A DNA stretch of 64,000 nt, taken from the NCBI RefSeq assembly GCF_006345805.1, contig NC_043021.1, positions 25,482,001-25,546,000 of the forward strand, written 5' to 3'. Positions 13,272-25,771 of this stretch are shown here, in pieces. Origin of the DNA: Octopus sinensis. Its lineage: Eukaryota. The notes beneath the pieces were generated by a model. The model worked only from the letters and a program-made list of their open reading frames with translations, was not told where the DNA came from and made no database searches. Position 1 is the first letter of the stretch. Each line of letters starts with the position of its first letter. Both the position numbers and the translations under genes were made by a program.

Positions 13272-13896
13272 CTGAAATTTCAAACACAAAGCATCTCTAA
13301 TTTTAAATGAATTAATTATTAAACATTGAGGTGTGTGTAGGGGGGGGATACATAAATCAATATCATAGTTTTATAGGATTTGCATCAAAATCTTAGCCGT
13401 AAATGTTTTTGAAATAGTATCATGACCATCATCATCATAACCATCATCTAAAAGCCACTTTTCCATGCTTTCATGGGTCAGGCAGAATTTTTTTACACCA
13501 GATTCCGTTTCTGTCACAAACACTTATTTCCAAGACAAGTAATATTTCCTCAAACATTGCTTCTTTGATGGTGATGTGTATTTATAACCATCTCATGATG
13601 TCAAGACAAGCGTACACACACACACACACACACACACATACAAATGGCAGGCTTCTTTCACTCACCAAATCCACACACAAAGCAATTTTCTGGCAAAACC
13701 AAAAAGATGAGAAGGTCATGGCTGGAATATTGACTGATCACCAACCAAAATAACTCTTCTTACCACCACTGAGAGACTAATAACACTTCAATAATGAGTC
13801 ACTATTTAACGCTCTCAATATTCTCACAGAACTGCCCTCCCACACACACAACAGAGGCTCAACAAAAGCTCAGAATCGAAGTTCAACACTTCTTAC

Positions 13897-13996
13897 CTGA
13901 CTTCAGGACGCACAATCCTAAAGGTACTTGACCTTTCAGGTCATCAGGGACACCAATAACAACCGCATCAGCCACAGCACTATTTTGCATAATTGC
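13897..13996 (-). CDS. ACSS3: ACSS3 exon 15
   Basis: AIMQNSAVADAVVIGVPDDLKGQVPLGLCVLKS. Confidence 0.94.
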
Positions 13997-14229
13997 CTGC
14001 AAATAAAATTCAGACTTAAACTATATTTTACTAAAACTAACTCTTGTAAACACATTTATGGGTGTGTTTGTATGAGTATATATGCATGTGTGTATAGGTT
14101 TATACACATAAGAGGATATATAAAAATATATATATATATATAAAATATATATATATATATAAATATATATTATATATGAAAACATCTAATATATAAACTT
14201 CATCTTCGGACATCAAGGTTTATGTCTTT

Positions 14230-14395
14230 TTATCTATATCTATCTATCTATCTATCTATCTATCTGTCTATCTGTCTATCTGTCTGTCTATCTATCTATC
14301 TATCTATCTATCTGTCTGTCCATCTATCTGTCCATCCATCCGTCCGTCCGTCCGTCCGTCCATCTATCTCTGTCTGTCTGTCTATCTATCAAGGT
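14230..14395. repeat. Compound tetranucleotide microsatellite (TCTA/TCTG/TCCG)n
   Basis: Seen directly. Confidence 0.95.
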
Positions 14396-14766
14396 AGCTA
14401 ATATGTATTTGTTTGTCTAACTCATTCTCTGTAAACAATTCCAGTTCTATGCACCAGCCTAAACCCACCCACCTACCTACCATCTATTTACCTGTCTGTC
14501 TGTTTATGTCGCAAACTAAAGAGTTCTGCTTGAACTATGCATATATCTAGTTCCCCCCCACCCACTCACCCACCCAAAACCCCACCTACCTACCTCCCTA
14601 TAAGCCTTTATTCTCTTCTCCTCACCCCAACCCCTTACCTACCTACAAATCAAACTTTCAATCTAAGGAGTTCTTCTTTACCTTTATTGACAGATTGACA
14701 GTGACGAGGTAGTCATCAGGGATGATCAGGTAAAAAAGCAAAGCTTAAAACTGATGGCATGCTTAC

Positions 14767-14889
14767 CTCTTCCAAAGCACCTGTTGAGAGTCGATGCCCT
14801 GCCACATTGATGACATCATCAGTTCTTGTCAAGACAGAGATGTATCCATCCCTGTCACACACACCAGAATCCATTGTGTCATAGTAACC
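14767..14889 (-). CDS. ACSS3: ACSS3 exon 14
   Basis: GYYDTMDSGVCDRDGYISVLTRTDDVINVAGHRLSTGALEE (adenylation hinge R.DD...GHR). Confidence 0.96.
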
Positions 14890-15044
14890 CTGCAAGGACA
14901 AGCACTGGACCATGTCATTATGCATATATAATACATATATATATGTGTGTGTGTGTGCATGTACATGTATGTAATGCATATGTGTGTGTGTTATTGTGGA
15001 TCAATAAGTGTGTTCATGAATGTATGTGTGTGTGTGTGTGTATA

Positions 15045-15340
15045 TGACGGACTCGCCCGTCGTTAGACTATGTATGAAGACTCAGTGATTTCTTGCTGAA
15101 CAACCACACAGACGATTTGTTTGATCAAATGCTTGTGTTCACATAAGCTCACTCCCTCCATCAAATCAACGTTAGCTGTACAGGTGCACCGTGTGGCACA
15201 TGTCAGGTGACAAAATGATTGCAGAGCAATGTGGAAATGAAGTGCTTTGCTGAAGAGCACAATGCAATGCCTGGTCAGGGAATCGAACCCACGATCTCGC
15301 AATCGTGAGTGCAACACCCTAACCACTATGCCATGCACCT
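15045..15340 (-). mobile_element. tRNA-derived SINE
   Basis: Minus strand TGGCATAGTGG ... GGTTCGATTCC head. Related copy at about 35130-35255. Confidence 0.75.
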
Positions 15341-15371
15341 TCAAACACACACACACACACACATATATATT

Positions 15372-15782
15372 ACTCTCTCTTTTACTCTTTTACTTGTTTC
15401 AGTCATTTGACTGCGGCCATACTGGAGCACCGCCTTTTTAATCGAGCAACTCGACCCCGGGACTTATTCTTTTGTAAGCCCAGTACTTATTCTATCGGTC
15501 TCTTTTGCCGAACCGCTAAGTAACGGGGACATAAACACACTAGCATCGGTTGTCAAGCAATGCTAGGGGGACAAACACAGATACACAAACACACCCACGC
15601 ATGTATATATATACATATATACGACGGGCTTCTTTCAGTTTCCGTCTACCAAATCCACTCACAAGGCTTTGGTCGGCCCGAGGTTATAGTAGAAGACACT
15701 TGCCCAAGGTGCCACACAGTGGGACTGAACCCGGAACCATGTGGTTGGTAAACAAGCTACTTACCACACAGCCACTCCTACG
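15372..15782 (-). mobile_element. Composite CORE-type SINE (head, CORE, microsatellite, 3' body)
   Basis: GGCTGTGTGGTAAG...GGTTCAGTCCC head and GCACCTTGGGCAAGTGTCTT CORE-like segment. Partial copies at about 38-175, 23225-23450, 28435-28585, 30200-30700, 33000-33160, 35276-35440, 37910-38060, 52960-53100 and 60001-60160. Confidence 0.8.
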
Positions 15783-16224
15783 CCTATATATAAAATTAGA
15801 AGAAAACCACCTTTTATCAATTCAAAATGAAGAATTAAATTACACCATCCAGAAAATTACATATAAAAGAAATATTAACATTAAAATAAAAATTAAATGT
15901 CAAAGATTAAGTAAATTGCAAAAAAAAATATAATAATAATAACTTATATAAATTGTGTTTCATGGACAGAAGGAACCTGGGAATGGCTAAGAGAAGGTTC
16001 CATACTCCTCAACATCTGGGAACTTCTGAACCAGGGCCCCACAACTAGATGCAGTTTAAATTCATACCCAGATCACACACACACACCTATAAAGCATGTG
16101 ATTTCCTTTCAGTCCCATTGTATATATATATAGTAAATCCCCCAAAAAACACGAAGAACAAACAGAAAAAAAAGACATGGTACATGTAAAGTATTAGCAG
16201 ACGCTCAGGAAAGGAGAGAAAGAT

Positions 16225-16260
16225 GGTTTAACATTTCGAGCAAAGCCCTTCTTCAGAAAC
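16225..16260 (-). ncRNA. Minimal type I hammerhead-like motif (family B)
   Basis: GTTT-CTGAAGA-A-GGGC ttt GCTC-GAAA-TG-T-T-AAAC. Host repeat about 16134-16330 ends in (TA)n. Confidence 0.55.
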
Positions 16261-17508
16261 AGAGGAAAGTCCAATAGAAAAGGAAGATGGAGGGAAAAAA
16301 ATCGCCAATGATTCACATGTGGTTACATATATATATAAGTGAAGTGGCTAGTTCTAAAATCTCTATAAGTAATGCAAGGGGCGATGATACTGAAAAATAA
16401 TGTTCCATACAGGACTCTGTTACTACATTTTAACACTAGGAAAACATCTTTTCCAGCTGGTTAACAACACACAACGTGTGTCTGATATATTGCAAGTATG
16501 GGAGCAAACCACTCCCGTCTACTGTGGCCAGGGCAGTAGACCAGAACTGCTTTCAAGATCTTACCCTTCCTCAGTAATGGATAAAGATGGCAGCCATTCA
16601 TCCTTACTCACAATATATAAATAAAGAAGGGACAATCAGCCACTGCTATATATCATCGTCATCATTTAATGTCCGTTGTCCATGCTGCCAAGGGTTGCAC
16701 AGCTTGACTGGGGCTGGCAAGCTGGGAGGCTGCCCCAGAATCCAGTCTGATTTGGCATGGTTTTCTACAGTTGGATGCCCTTCCTAATGCCAACCACTCC
16801 GAGAGTGTAATGGGTGTTTTATCTGCCGTCAGCACAGGTGCCAATTTGCGTGACACTGGTATCTGCCATGAATGCAATTTTGCTCAGCTTGATGGGTCTT
16901 CTTCTCAAGTATGACATAATGCCAAAGGTCTCAGTCATTGCCTCCATGAGGCCCAACACTTGAAAGGAACTCAGCCACTTTGCCTCTGTGAGGCCCAACA
17001 CTCAAAAGATGCCCTTTATGTGCCACTGGCATGCGTGCCAGTTATGTGATACCAGCAACAGGTTTCAACACAGTTTCCATCTATCAAATTTTGACTCACA
17101 AGCCATTGGTCAGTCCAGAGCTAAAGTAGAAAACACTTGCGCAAGGTACTGTACAATGGAACTGAAACTGAAATCACGTGCTTTATAGGTGTGTGTGTGT
17201 GTGTGTGTGTGTGTGATCTGGATATGAATTTAAACTGCATCTAGTTGTGGGGCCCTGGTTCAGAAGTTCCCAGATGTTGAACTGTGTGGAACCGTCTCTT
17301 AGCCATTATTGTTCCCAGGCTCCTTCTGTCCATCAAATCCCCTTGCAAGGGTTTGGCTAGCCTGATGCTACAGTAGAACCCAAAACCACATGGTTGAGAA
17401 ATGAACTTCTTAACCATCCAGCCATGCCTCTACCTCTGGAGGACAATCCAAAATAGCAAAACCAGAACAAGAGGATTTAATATCAAGAATTCCTGGAAAG
17501 AAACTCAC

Positions 17509-17590
17509 CGGATACTTTCTGAAATATATCTTCTTATATCCTTCATTGTTTTCCCAAAGAGAAATAAATGCTCCAGGAGGGAGAGGAAGC
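17509..17590 (-). CDS. ACSS3: ACSS3 exon 13
   Basis: LPLPPGAFISLWENNEGYKKIYFRKYP. Confidence 0.95.
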
Positions 17591-18337
17591 CTGGAGAATG
17601 AAATTGAAGCAATTTATGTCGTTGTTGCAAGAGTATCTGATTGCACATGGTTACAGCTTCAAGCTGTACCCAAGCATAATGACAGTAACATACTTTTGTT
17701 CAAGTTCCCTTATCAGAAATAAAAAGAAGCACTCATACATTCAAATAAATACATATCAAAACAATAACAAAAAAAATAATAAATGGAAAAATTTAGTATA
17801 TTTTTAATTCCATTTTAGATGTGTTTCATTACAAAGAACTACAAATGTATGGTTGTAGGAAAACATATATATGGAATCTCTGATCCATAATTCTTGAGAT
17901 AAAGACTCAAAAATAATAATATTTTTCTTTGTGTATGTCTTTGTGATTTCTCTTCTGTAATGAAACATGTGTGACATGGAATTAAAAGTAGACCAAATTC
18001 TTCCAGTTGTCTGTTTCGATGCGTAATTCACAAGAAATTTCAAATGCTACAAATATCTTATCCAAGAGAAAACATCTGTCCACAAATATCTGCTTACTGT
18101 GTACATGCAGATGTGCTTAAAAAAGACACAGTTTGGGTTATAACCCCTTCTATGCAAATAAATACATATACTAAAGTGCACACAGAATTAAAGCAGATTT
18201 TTCTGCATCACACATGCACATACACACACACATACACACTCACACACTGATTATCATTATTTATATTATATTATATTATATATTATTGTATTATAGTTAA
18301 TATTATTAGCTGTTTCACATCTAAGGTTAACACTTAC

Positions 18338-18404
18338 TTGATAACAATTTGGCCCAGATCGCCAATTTTAGTTTCTTGTAAAGATTTTGGGGCCATTATT
18401 TTGA
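18338..18404 (-). CDS. ACSS3: ACSS3 exon 12
   Basis: (V)KIMAPKSLQETKIGDLGQIVI(K); tttttcag acceptor, GTAAGT donor. Confidence 0.9.
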
Positions 18405-18729
18405 CTGAAAAATGACAAAAGTTTAACAAAAATTGAGCATTTAATTATAATAAGTAAAATGAATATCCCTTAAAGGTGGTAACATAAATCGAATAATGGT
18501 GTAATTGTTATCACCTGTGTTCTGATGGTTGTTAATTAATTATGCAGTTATTTACAATTAAAGAATAAATCAAAATGTTTTTGGAGGAAATGTAATTGAA
18601 ATGGCAGCGGTGTGTTTAGCCGGACTAAAGAAGAGAAGAAAGAAAGTTGAATGTGGGGAAGCATCTGAAAAGAAGAGTAATTACTGAAAGTATAGACAAC
18701 AGAGGGACCAGCTATTTTAGGGGTTAAAA

Positions 18730-19720
18730 TAGCCATTGACAGTTTGAAGCGAAGGAAAATAGCAGGTCAGTCAGGTATAGTTAATGAGAAGCTGAAAATA
18801 TCTGATGAAGAAGAGTTGAAACTAGTCATTCACAGAATCAATCAGATAATGCAAGAAGGAGATTTCATATCCAAAGGAATGGTATTGACTGCTACAAGAG
18901 CGATGATTATGCTAGAAGCACCTACAGAGTTGTCAAACTGATGGAGCAGGTTCTATATTTAAGAGATGAGGAATTATGCACATTATTTACATTATTTACA
19001 TTTGACGGATATTTGTCCTCACCTTGAAGGCCGGAGAGTATATCAGCTAAAATGTTGTGTTAACAACAAACAAGATAAGGACAAATGTAAATAATGTGAT
19101 GGACCAAGCCCTGAAAGTAACAGGAAAACAATTTGCATAATTGATTAAGAGAATCCGTTGAGATGAGATGCTGTTTAGATTTGTGCCAGGTTGGGGTGCT
19201 ATGGATGCTCTCTTATTTGTGAGACAACTACAAGAGAATTTGGTCTTTTACTTAAAAAGAAAGCCTTTCTATTTAACATTTATTGATGTGGAGAAGGCTT
19301 TTGACAGGGTACCATGGTCGGTAGTTTGGTGGTCTCTAAGAAAACTAGTTTAGATGAAATTGTTTGGGAGAGCAGCACAAGTCCTGTACAGAGATGCAGT
19401 TAGCAAAATGTGAAATGGCAAGGAATTCAGAGTGGAACTTGGCATGGAACCAGTTCTCACTCATCTTCCTCTTTATTGTAGTTGTCCAACCAGAACAGAA
19501 GTCAAGATTGGTTTGTTTTATAGGAACTTTTATATTCTGATGACCTTAAAACAGGATCTGTGGAAAGCTTCCAGAAGAAAAAAACCTAGAACTGAGAGGC
19601 CCCAGGGTAAACTTGGTGAAAACTAAAGTTTTATTAATCAGAAACAAGATGATGCTGCCATCTGGAAACAGCTGGAGCTCCATATAGCATAGATGGAGTG
19701 GAAAATTGGTGTACAAGAAG
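18730..19720 (+). mobile_element. Decayed RTE-type LINE RT
   Basis: KIAGQSGIVNEKLK; FRFVPGWGAMDALLFVRQLQE...FIDVEKAFDRVPWSVVWWSLRKL. Confidence 0.85.
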
Positions 19721-19987
19721 TGTACCAAGATTACAGGTATACTGAAGGTAAATAAAAAGCTTGAATGGGGCAGATACTCAGAGTAAACCAAATTCCTTTC
19801 AATTTATGAATTGCTCCAGAATGACAGTTGACTGCTTCTGTTAATAATTACACAGAACCAGAAAATTTCTGCTATTATTATTATCATTATTATTATTATG
19901 TATGAACTTTTGAAATAATTTTTACAAAATTTGAAGAAGTGAATTAAATTATCTAATGAGTAATTAAATAGTGATAAAGAAATTCAC

Positions 19988-20083
19988 CATTCCAACCAGG
20001 AACAGGTTTTCCAGATACACCAACGGATGGCTCCATATTCATTCCAAGACCATAACAAGAAGCTAATGCTGGCCAAGATGTTT
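19988..20083 (-). CDS. ACSS3: ACSS3 exon 11
   Basis: (E)TSWPALASCYGLGMNMEPSVGVSGKPVPGWN. Confidence 0.93.
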
Positions 20084-20633
20084 CTGCAAAGGAAAAAAAA
20101 TACCATTATTAAGAAGTTTAGTGGCACCCCACCCCCGACTACTATCATCATCATCATCATCATCGTTCTGATGTATACTTTTCTATGCTTACAAGAGTCA
20201 GACATGACTCCGTTGGGGCAGAGATTTTTATGGCCAGATGCCTTTCCTGATGCTTGTTTCCAAGAAATGCAATAATCTCTGAATCTGTTGAACAATAAAC
20301 ACTTCAGACATAGTTACGTAGAGAAGTAGAGAGAAATTGTTTGAAAGCAGCTTTTGCCTACAGAGGCCATGCAACATAGGAAGACCCGTCAGGAGTTGGT
20401 GAAGTGCTTTCGAGGTGAAGCGGTGCAAACAAGCAACACTGGCTGCGAGAACGGTGGCACTTTTGCTTACGAAGACATGTGGAGGGGAAATATGAACTCA
20501 TCCACACACAGACACACACACACACACCCTCACTCACTCACTCACTCACAACACACATATACAGACTCACTCACTCACTTGCTCATTCATACATCACATC
20601 ACACACACACACACACTCACTCACACATCACAT

Positions 20634-20665
<32 letters not shown>

Positions 20666-20792
20666 CATGTGGCTGTGTGCATAAGTGTACTTCCCAACCT
20701 CATGGTTCCCGGTTCCATTCCATTGTGCAAGTGTCTTCTACTGAAGCCTTGAGCTGACCAAAGTCTTGTGAGGGAATTTGGTCGACAGAAAC

Positions 20793-21108
20793 TGCAGAGT
20801 GATGGAGGAGAAGGACAAAAGAGAGAAGAAGCAAACGGGAGAAAGAAATAGAAAAGGCCTGACCTGTTGACCTCGGCGGAATCAGCGGTCACTCTCGCGA
20901 AATAGACACGTCTTGTCTCTGCCCCGTCTTTGCTCGAACTCCCCACACGTGCTTGCTGACCACATGTGCTTGCTGACCACACGTGCTTCCTGCCCACGCA
21001 TGCCCCTTTCACTCTTCGGCCGGCCCCTGCAAGCCTTACTTCCGTCCACGTCATCTGCAATCCCCCCCACCAACACCACATAGCTCCATCACAGCCCATA
21101 ACACCACA
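20793..21108. mobile_element. Solo LTR (316 bp) nested in a CORE-type SINE
   Basis: Starts TG, ends CA, flanked by the 5-bp duplication GAAAC (20788-20792, 21109-21113). GC-rich; interrupts the SINE body. Confidence 0.6.
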
Positions 21109-21180
21109 GAAACTAAGGCCTGTCATGTGTATGTGTGTGCGTGAAGGTGCTTGTACCTCCTTGGAGAGGACGGAGACATA

Positions 21181-21220
<40 letters not shown>

Positions 21221-21386
21221 TGTGTGCGTGTGTGTGCGTGGCGTGTATGATATATTATTATACTGTATTTTGTTTTAAATAGATTTTAGTTTATATTTTA
21301 AAAAAGTTAATTATCATTCAAACAACATGGCCTCAATCCAATGAGTGAAACCAGTACAAGATAAAGAGATGGAACTAGAACCGCAC

Positions 21387-21490
21387 CTGTTTGCCACCAA
21401 TTGTCCAAAACTGGTTTCTGTACAATACTCTTGGTCCATTGCATGGTCGTCTTATCGCAATGCTCCCCAGCCACGTACATAGCCTTCAGC
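21387..21490 (-). CDS. ACSS3: ACSS3 exon 10
   Basis: LKAMYVAGEHCDKTTMQWTKSIVQKPVLDNWWQT. Confidence 0.95.
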
Positions 21491-22386
21491 CTGGAAGAAG
21501 CAAACTATGGAAAGTTATACAAACAAAATAACTTGCATAAAAACACTCATCTTAAATTTCAAATGGACGTTCACTTGCCTAAATCATCATCATCATCATC
21601 ATCGTTTAACGTCCGCTTTCCATGCTAGCATGAGGGCTGGCAAACCAGATGGCTGCACCAGGCTCCAATCTTGATCTGGCAGAGTTTCTACAGCTTGATG
21701 CCCTTCCTAATGCCAACCACTCCGAGAGTGTAGTGGGTGCTTTTACATGCCACTAGCTCCACTAGCACGGATGCCAGTCATTGAATTTGATTTCGATTTC
21801 ACTTGCCTCAACAGGTCTAATTTCTATGAAGACTGGATGTAATTCCATGATACAAATGATCGAAATATTTTGGATTGTGAAATAAGAATGACAAAATACA
21901 TGATGAAGGAGCAGATTTTTTAAAAACATAATCTATCAGAAGGTTTGTCTAATACAGGGGTTGACAAAATGGTCAAAATTGACCCCTGAGAGATGGGGCC
22001 TATGTAGCTATCAAAGGGGTCAATTTTGAGCATTAAGGGTGCTGAATTATAACTGAATTGTTACTTCAACATGAATTCAATTAAAAAAGGTCCACTTGAA
22101 ATACAATATAGAAATTCAAAATGCCTTAACAGACATCACATCATTGGCACACATCTAGTAAAGCTGCAATGCCAACTGGCAGATTGGTGAACCAATTTAA
22201 GGACAGAGGCTTGGGTAGAGTGGGTGCAAGCGCAACTCCTAAGATTGTGGTGGGGGAGAAATGAAAATGCTTTGAATGTCCTCCTGAGAAACTGCATCAC
22301 CACAAAATGGACAAGCATGAAAACATTTTTGGACTGATTTGAAATATTGCTTTTCCATTATTGGATCTGATTTGATTGATGGACAA

Positions 22387-22434
<48 letters not shown>

Positions 22435-22502
22435 TAATAATGATAATAATAAAAATAATAATGATGATGATGATGATGATGATGATGAGGAGGAGGAGGA
22501 GG

Positions 22503-22541
<39 letters not shown>
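22387..22541. repeat. Compound trinucleotide microsatellite (AAT)n(GAT)n(GAG)n(GAT)n
   Basis: Seen directly. Confidence 0.95.
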
Positions 22542-24454
22542 CATGCATGCATATGTTTGTTCAGGTAATTAAGATTGAAAACACTGACCTTGTTTGTAAA
22601 ACATTTTGGACCTGCATTTGTAACCCCTCAGTAAATTCTGCAGCCACACTTATGAGGACAAGTGTTCACTTTTAAGGAAGATATTGCAACAGAGATGTTC
22701 AATACAAGAGAGTGAATTTATTGCCCATTTACAGTCAAGAGTAGACTTAGTTGTCGTACAACTCTGAATTTATTCTTTTTCTCTCTTTGTTTTTTAAAGT
22801 TTAGCACCCATAATGGCAGTCTTTGATATTAATTCCAGCAGTGTTCACAACAGTATTTAAATTTGGATTTTATACGATTCATTGTCAATAAAATAATGGC
22901 TCTGCACTTGTTATTTGAAAAAAATTTCAGGACCAATGCCATGAAGCCTGTCAAATCAAAGACATCTGAAAAGGGTTGAGACACAAGAAAATAAATAAAA
23001 TCCAGACTGATCTCAATGCAGGGGAAGGGACATTTAATATATATATATATATTTAAAATTTATCCGATGGGGATTGACAAGTTATCAATGATTCTGATTA
23101 GGGGTCAATGATATAAAATCATTCCTGATCCCTGGTCTGGTCCCTCTATTATTCATCGCTGTCACTCTACATCTCTCCCTCCCTTCCCATCATTTCCTCA
23201 CCCTCCTCACCACACCCATTTTTCTCATCTATTCTTTTATTCTTTTACTCTTCTACATGTTTCAGTCATTTGACTTCAGCCATGCTGGAGCACCACCTTT
23301 TAGTTGAAGAAATCGTCCCCAGGACTTATTCTTTGTAAGCCTGGAACTTATTCTATCAGTCACTTTTGCTGAACTGCTAAGTTATGGGGATGTAAACACA
23401 CAAACATTGGTTGTCAAGCGATGGTGGGTGGGGGACAAACACAGACACAAACATATATATATGTATGTATGTTTGTATGTACGTGTGTAGGTATGTATGT
23501 ATGTATGTATGTATGTATGTATGTATGCATGTTCAGGTCAGGTCACTTTCGAGTGCTACTGGCAACATGTAACCCAGTACAACCTGTTGCATGGTCGGGT
23601 CGTCGGCGACTAAACCGGCAACCCCACCAAGCTTGCTTGGTGAGGAGGGTGTTTATTGGACACCCTGCGGGATGAAAAACAAATCCTGTCAAAGGGCGGA
23701 GGAACTCTTGAGAGTCAGCGGCCATCCAATAAATGTCTTAAGGCTGTATCATGCGCGGGGACATAGAAATAATCGGACTGAATATACTCGATTGCGCAGT
23801 TAAACCATTGGGAGTGAAGGACTCCTAGCCTTTGTTAGGGCATCCTTCTAGGAGAAGGTAACTCAGGTAACTGGGATAACTCCGACATAAAACCTGCGGC
23901 TCAGTGGTTACTAATGATGTTGACTTGTTCTTCTTTTCGGATTATGGCTGCTGTTGCTTAGTGAGTGGGATTGACTCAGTGCACAGCCTTTCCACACTTT
24001 AAAAAAAATCTCATTGCACAGGCATTGCACGATAACAACATTGATTAAGCTTCGTGCAATGGCCATACTCGATAATGAGGGGGCAGCCACCATGTATGTA
24101 TGTATATACACATGTGTGTATGTGTGTATGTCTCCATGTCTTGACATGATGTAATGACTGCAAGTGAATGTCTCTGTCATGCAAGAAGAGTCTTTTGTTT
24201 CCAGCCTTCCATGAGAACATGTCTGACTGTGAGGAAATATTACCTGATTTGGAAACAAGTGAGGGTTTTTGAAAGGAAGAGCATCTGGCCTTAGAAAATT
24301 GGCCTCAACAAATTCCATGCATCCTATGTGAGCATGGAAAAGTGGTTGTAAAACAATGATGGTGATAATGATGATGAAGGGTAACAGATACTGTACAGAA
24401 ATACACAAGTATTTCATAAATATGTGAAAGAAACATATTTTTTAGGCAACTTAC

Positions 24455-24498
24455 TTGGAAAATGGGAAATATTTCTCAGCGTGCTTTCCTTCATTGTC
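24455..24498 (-). CDS. ACSS3: ACSS3 exon 9 (44 nt)
   Basis: DNEGKHAEKYFPFS(K); cctgtag acceptor, GTAAGT donor. Supplies the phase 0 to phase 2 bridge needed between exons 8 and 10. Confidence 0.88.
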
Positions 24499-24904
24499 CT
24501 ACAGGAAGAAAATGAGAATAGATTAGCAAGATTATATTCAGAACAGTTAAAAAGAATATTGCCCCTCTCCACTTATATTTTACATTGATCACCCGTTTGT
24601 ACTACCAAGTTATTTTTTTCTCTCTCTCACCTGAATTTCCTGTTTATTTGCTCCCATCGCTCTACATCTTTCACTCTCTTTATGCCCTACATCTGCCTCT
24701 TTCAACTTACCCATCCACACATCATCTCCCTTGCTAACAGTATAATTATTACTATTCTTGTGCTCCCCTTTCTGTACTGCCATTTAACGATGATGATGGT
24801 GAAGATGACTTCTCATTACGATAAAATACATGCAGAGAGATTCTGCCCAACTCCTACATACGTTTCGTTATTTAAAAGGTGGGTAAGTAAATATATTTTC
24901 ATAC

Positions 24905-25015
24905 CTCTTTTATAATTGCACGCAAAGCTGTTGGTGCAACAAACATGCCAGCCACTTCATGGTCCTTCAGAACTCGGAAATAGGCACTGGCATCGGGGGT
25001 GCCGACTGGTTTGCC
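24905..25015 (-). CDS. ACSS3: ACSS3 exon 8
   Basis: GKPVGTPDASAYFRVLKDHEVAGMFVAPTALRAIIKE; translated by hand. Confidence 0.95.
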
Positions 25016-25123
25016 CTGGAATACGCAATACTTTAGTTGTTGTTTCTTTCTTTTAAAATATTGAAATTCAACTTTTGAGCCAAATATGAAAAGATAAATA
25101 AATTATTTCCAAATAAAACCTAC

Positions 25124-25219
25124 CTCGAATAAAATAGACGTGTTTGCATTAAGTAAAGGACCATAAGCAATGAAAGAGTGACCAACGACCCAACCAAGAT
25201 CAGAGGCTGCCCACCAGAC
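25124..25219 (-). CDS. ACSS3: ACSS3 exon 7
   Basis: VWWAASDLGWVVGHSFIAYGPLLNANTSILFE; translated by hand. Confidence 0.95.
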
Positions 25220-25690
25220 CTGTCAAGAGAAATATGGAAGAAAACATTTGAAGCAAAGAATAAATGGTTCACCTCATAAAAATTGTGATCACAAATGTTT
25301 GTTAATCATAATAACCACTGTTATTAAATATTAATATAATTAATTCTTGTAGATAAGGTGCTGAGCTGGCAGAATTGTTAGCATGTTGGGCAAAACACTT
25401 AGCACCATTTTGTCCACATTTACGTGTCTGAGTTCAAATTCTGCTGAGGTTGACTCTGTCTTCCATGCTTTGGGGGTCAATAAAATAAGTCCCAGTTAAA
25501 AATCTACAGAAAATTTGCCTGTTTCAAAAGAATTTGGTTAGCTGCACTGCTTTAGCATTAAACTCAACCCCTTTTCTAAAGATACAGGCACAGGCATGGC
25601 TGTGTAATGAAGAAGTTCCTTTCCCAAACAAAGGGAATCAGGGGTCAGCAAATGTTGAGGTTTTTAGTTTCAGAAATCAATCGTACTTAC

Positions 25691-25771
25691 CTCCCCTGGT
25701 TTGATACCATAAACATTTTGAATGGCCCACTTCAGTGCTACAGCATGGCCAGCATTTGGACGTACAATGGC
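25691..25771 (-). CDS. ACSS3: ACSS3 exon 6
   Basis: AIVRPNAGHAVALKWAIQNVYGIKPGE; tttcag acceptor, GTAAGT donor. Not in the ORF track (too short); translated by hand. Confidence 0.93.

Noticed and set aside
18795-18831. CTGATGA-N9-GAAA-CTAG-TC, an apparently perfect hammerhead core with palindromic stem III
   Set aside because: Stem I pairs only about 2 bp and stem II is barely formable. It lies in frame within a decayed RTE RT (KISDEEELKLVI), so it is most likely coincidence.
22239-22675. Poly-His/Tyr/Ser/Ile/Asp ORFs
   Set aside because: Translations of a compound trinucleotide microsatellite in an ACSS3 intron. The same applies to the many CV/HT/YI ORFs from dinucleotide tracts.
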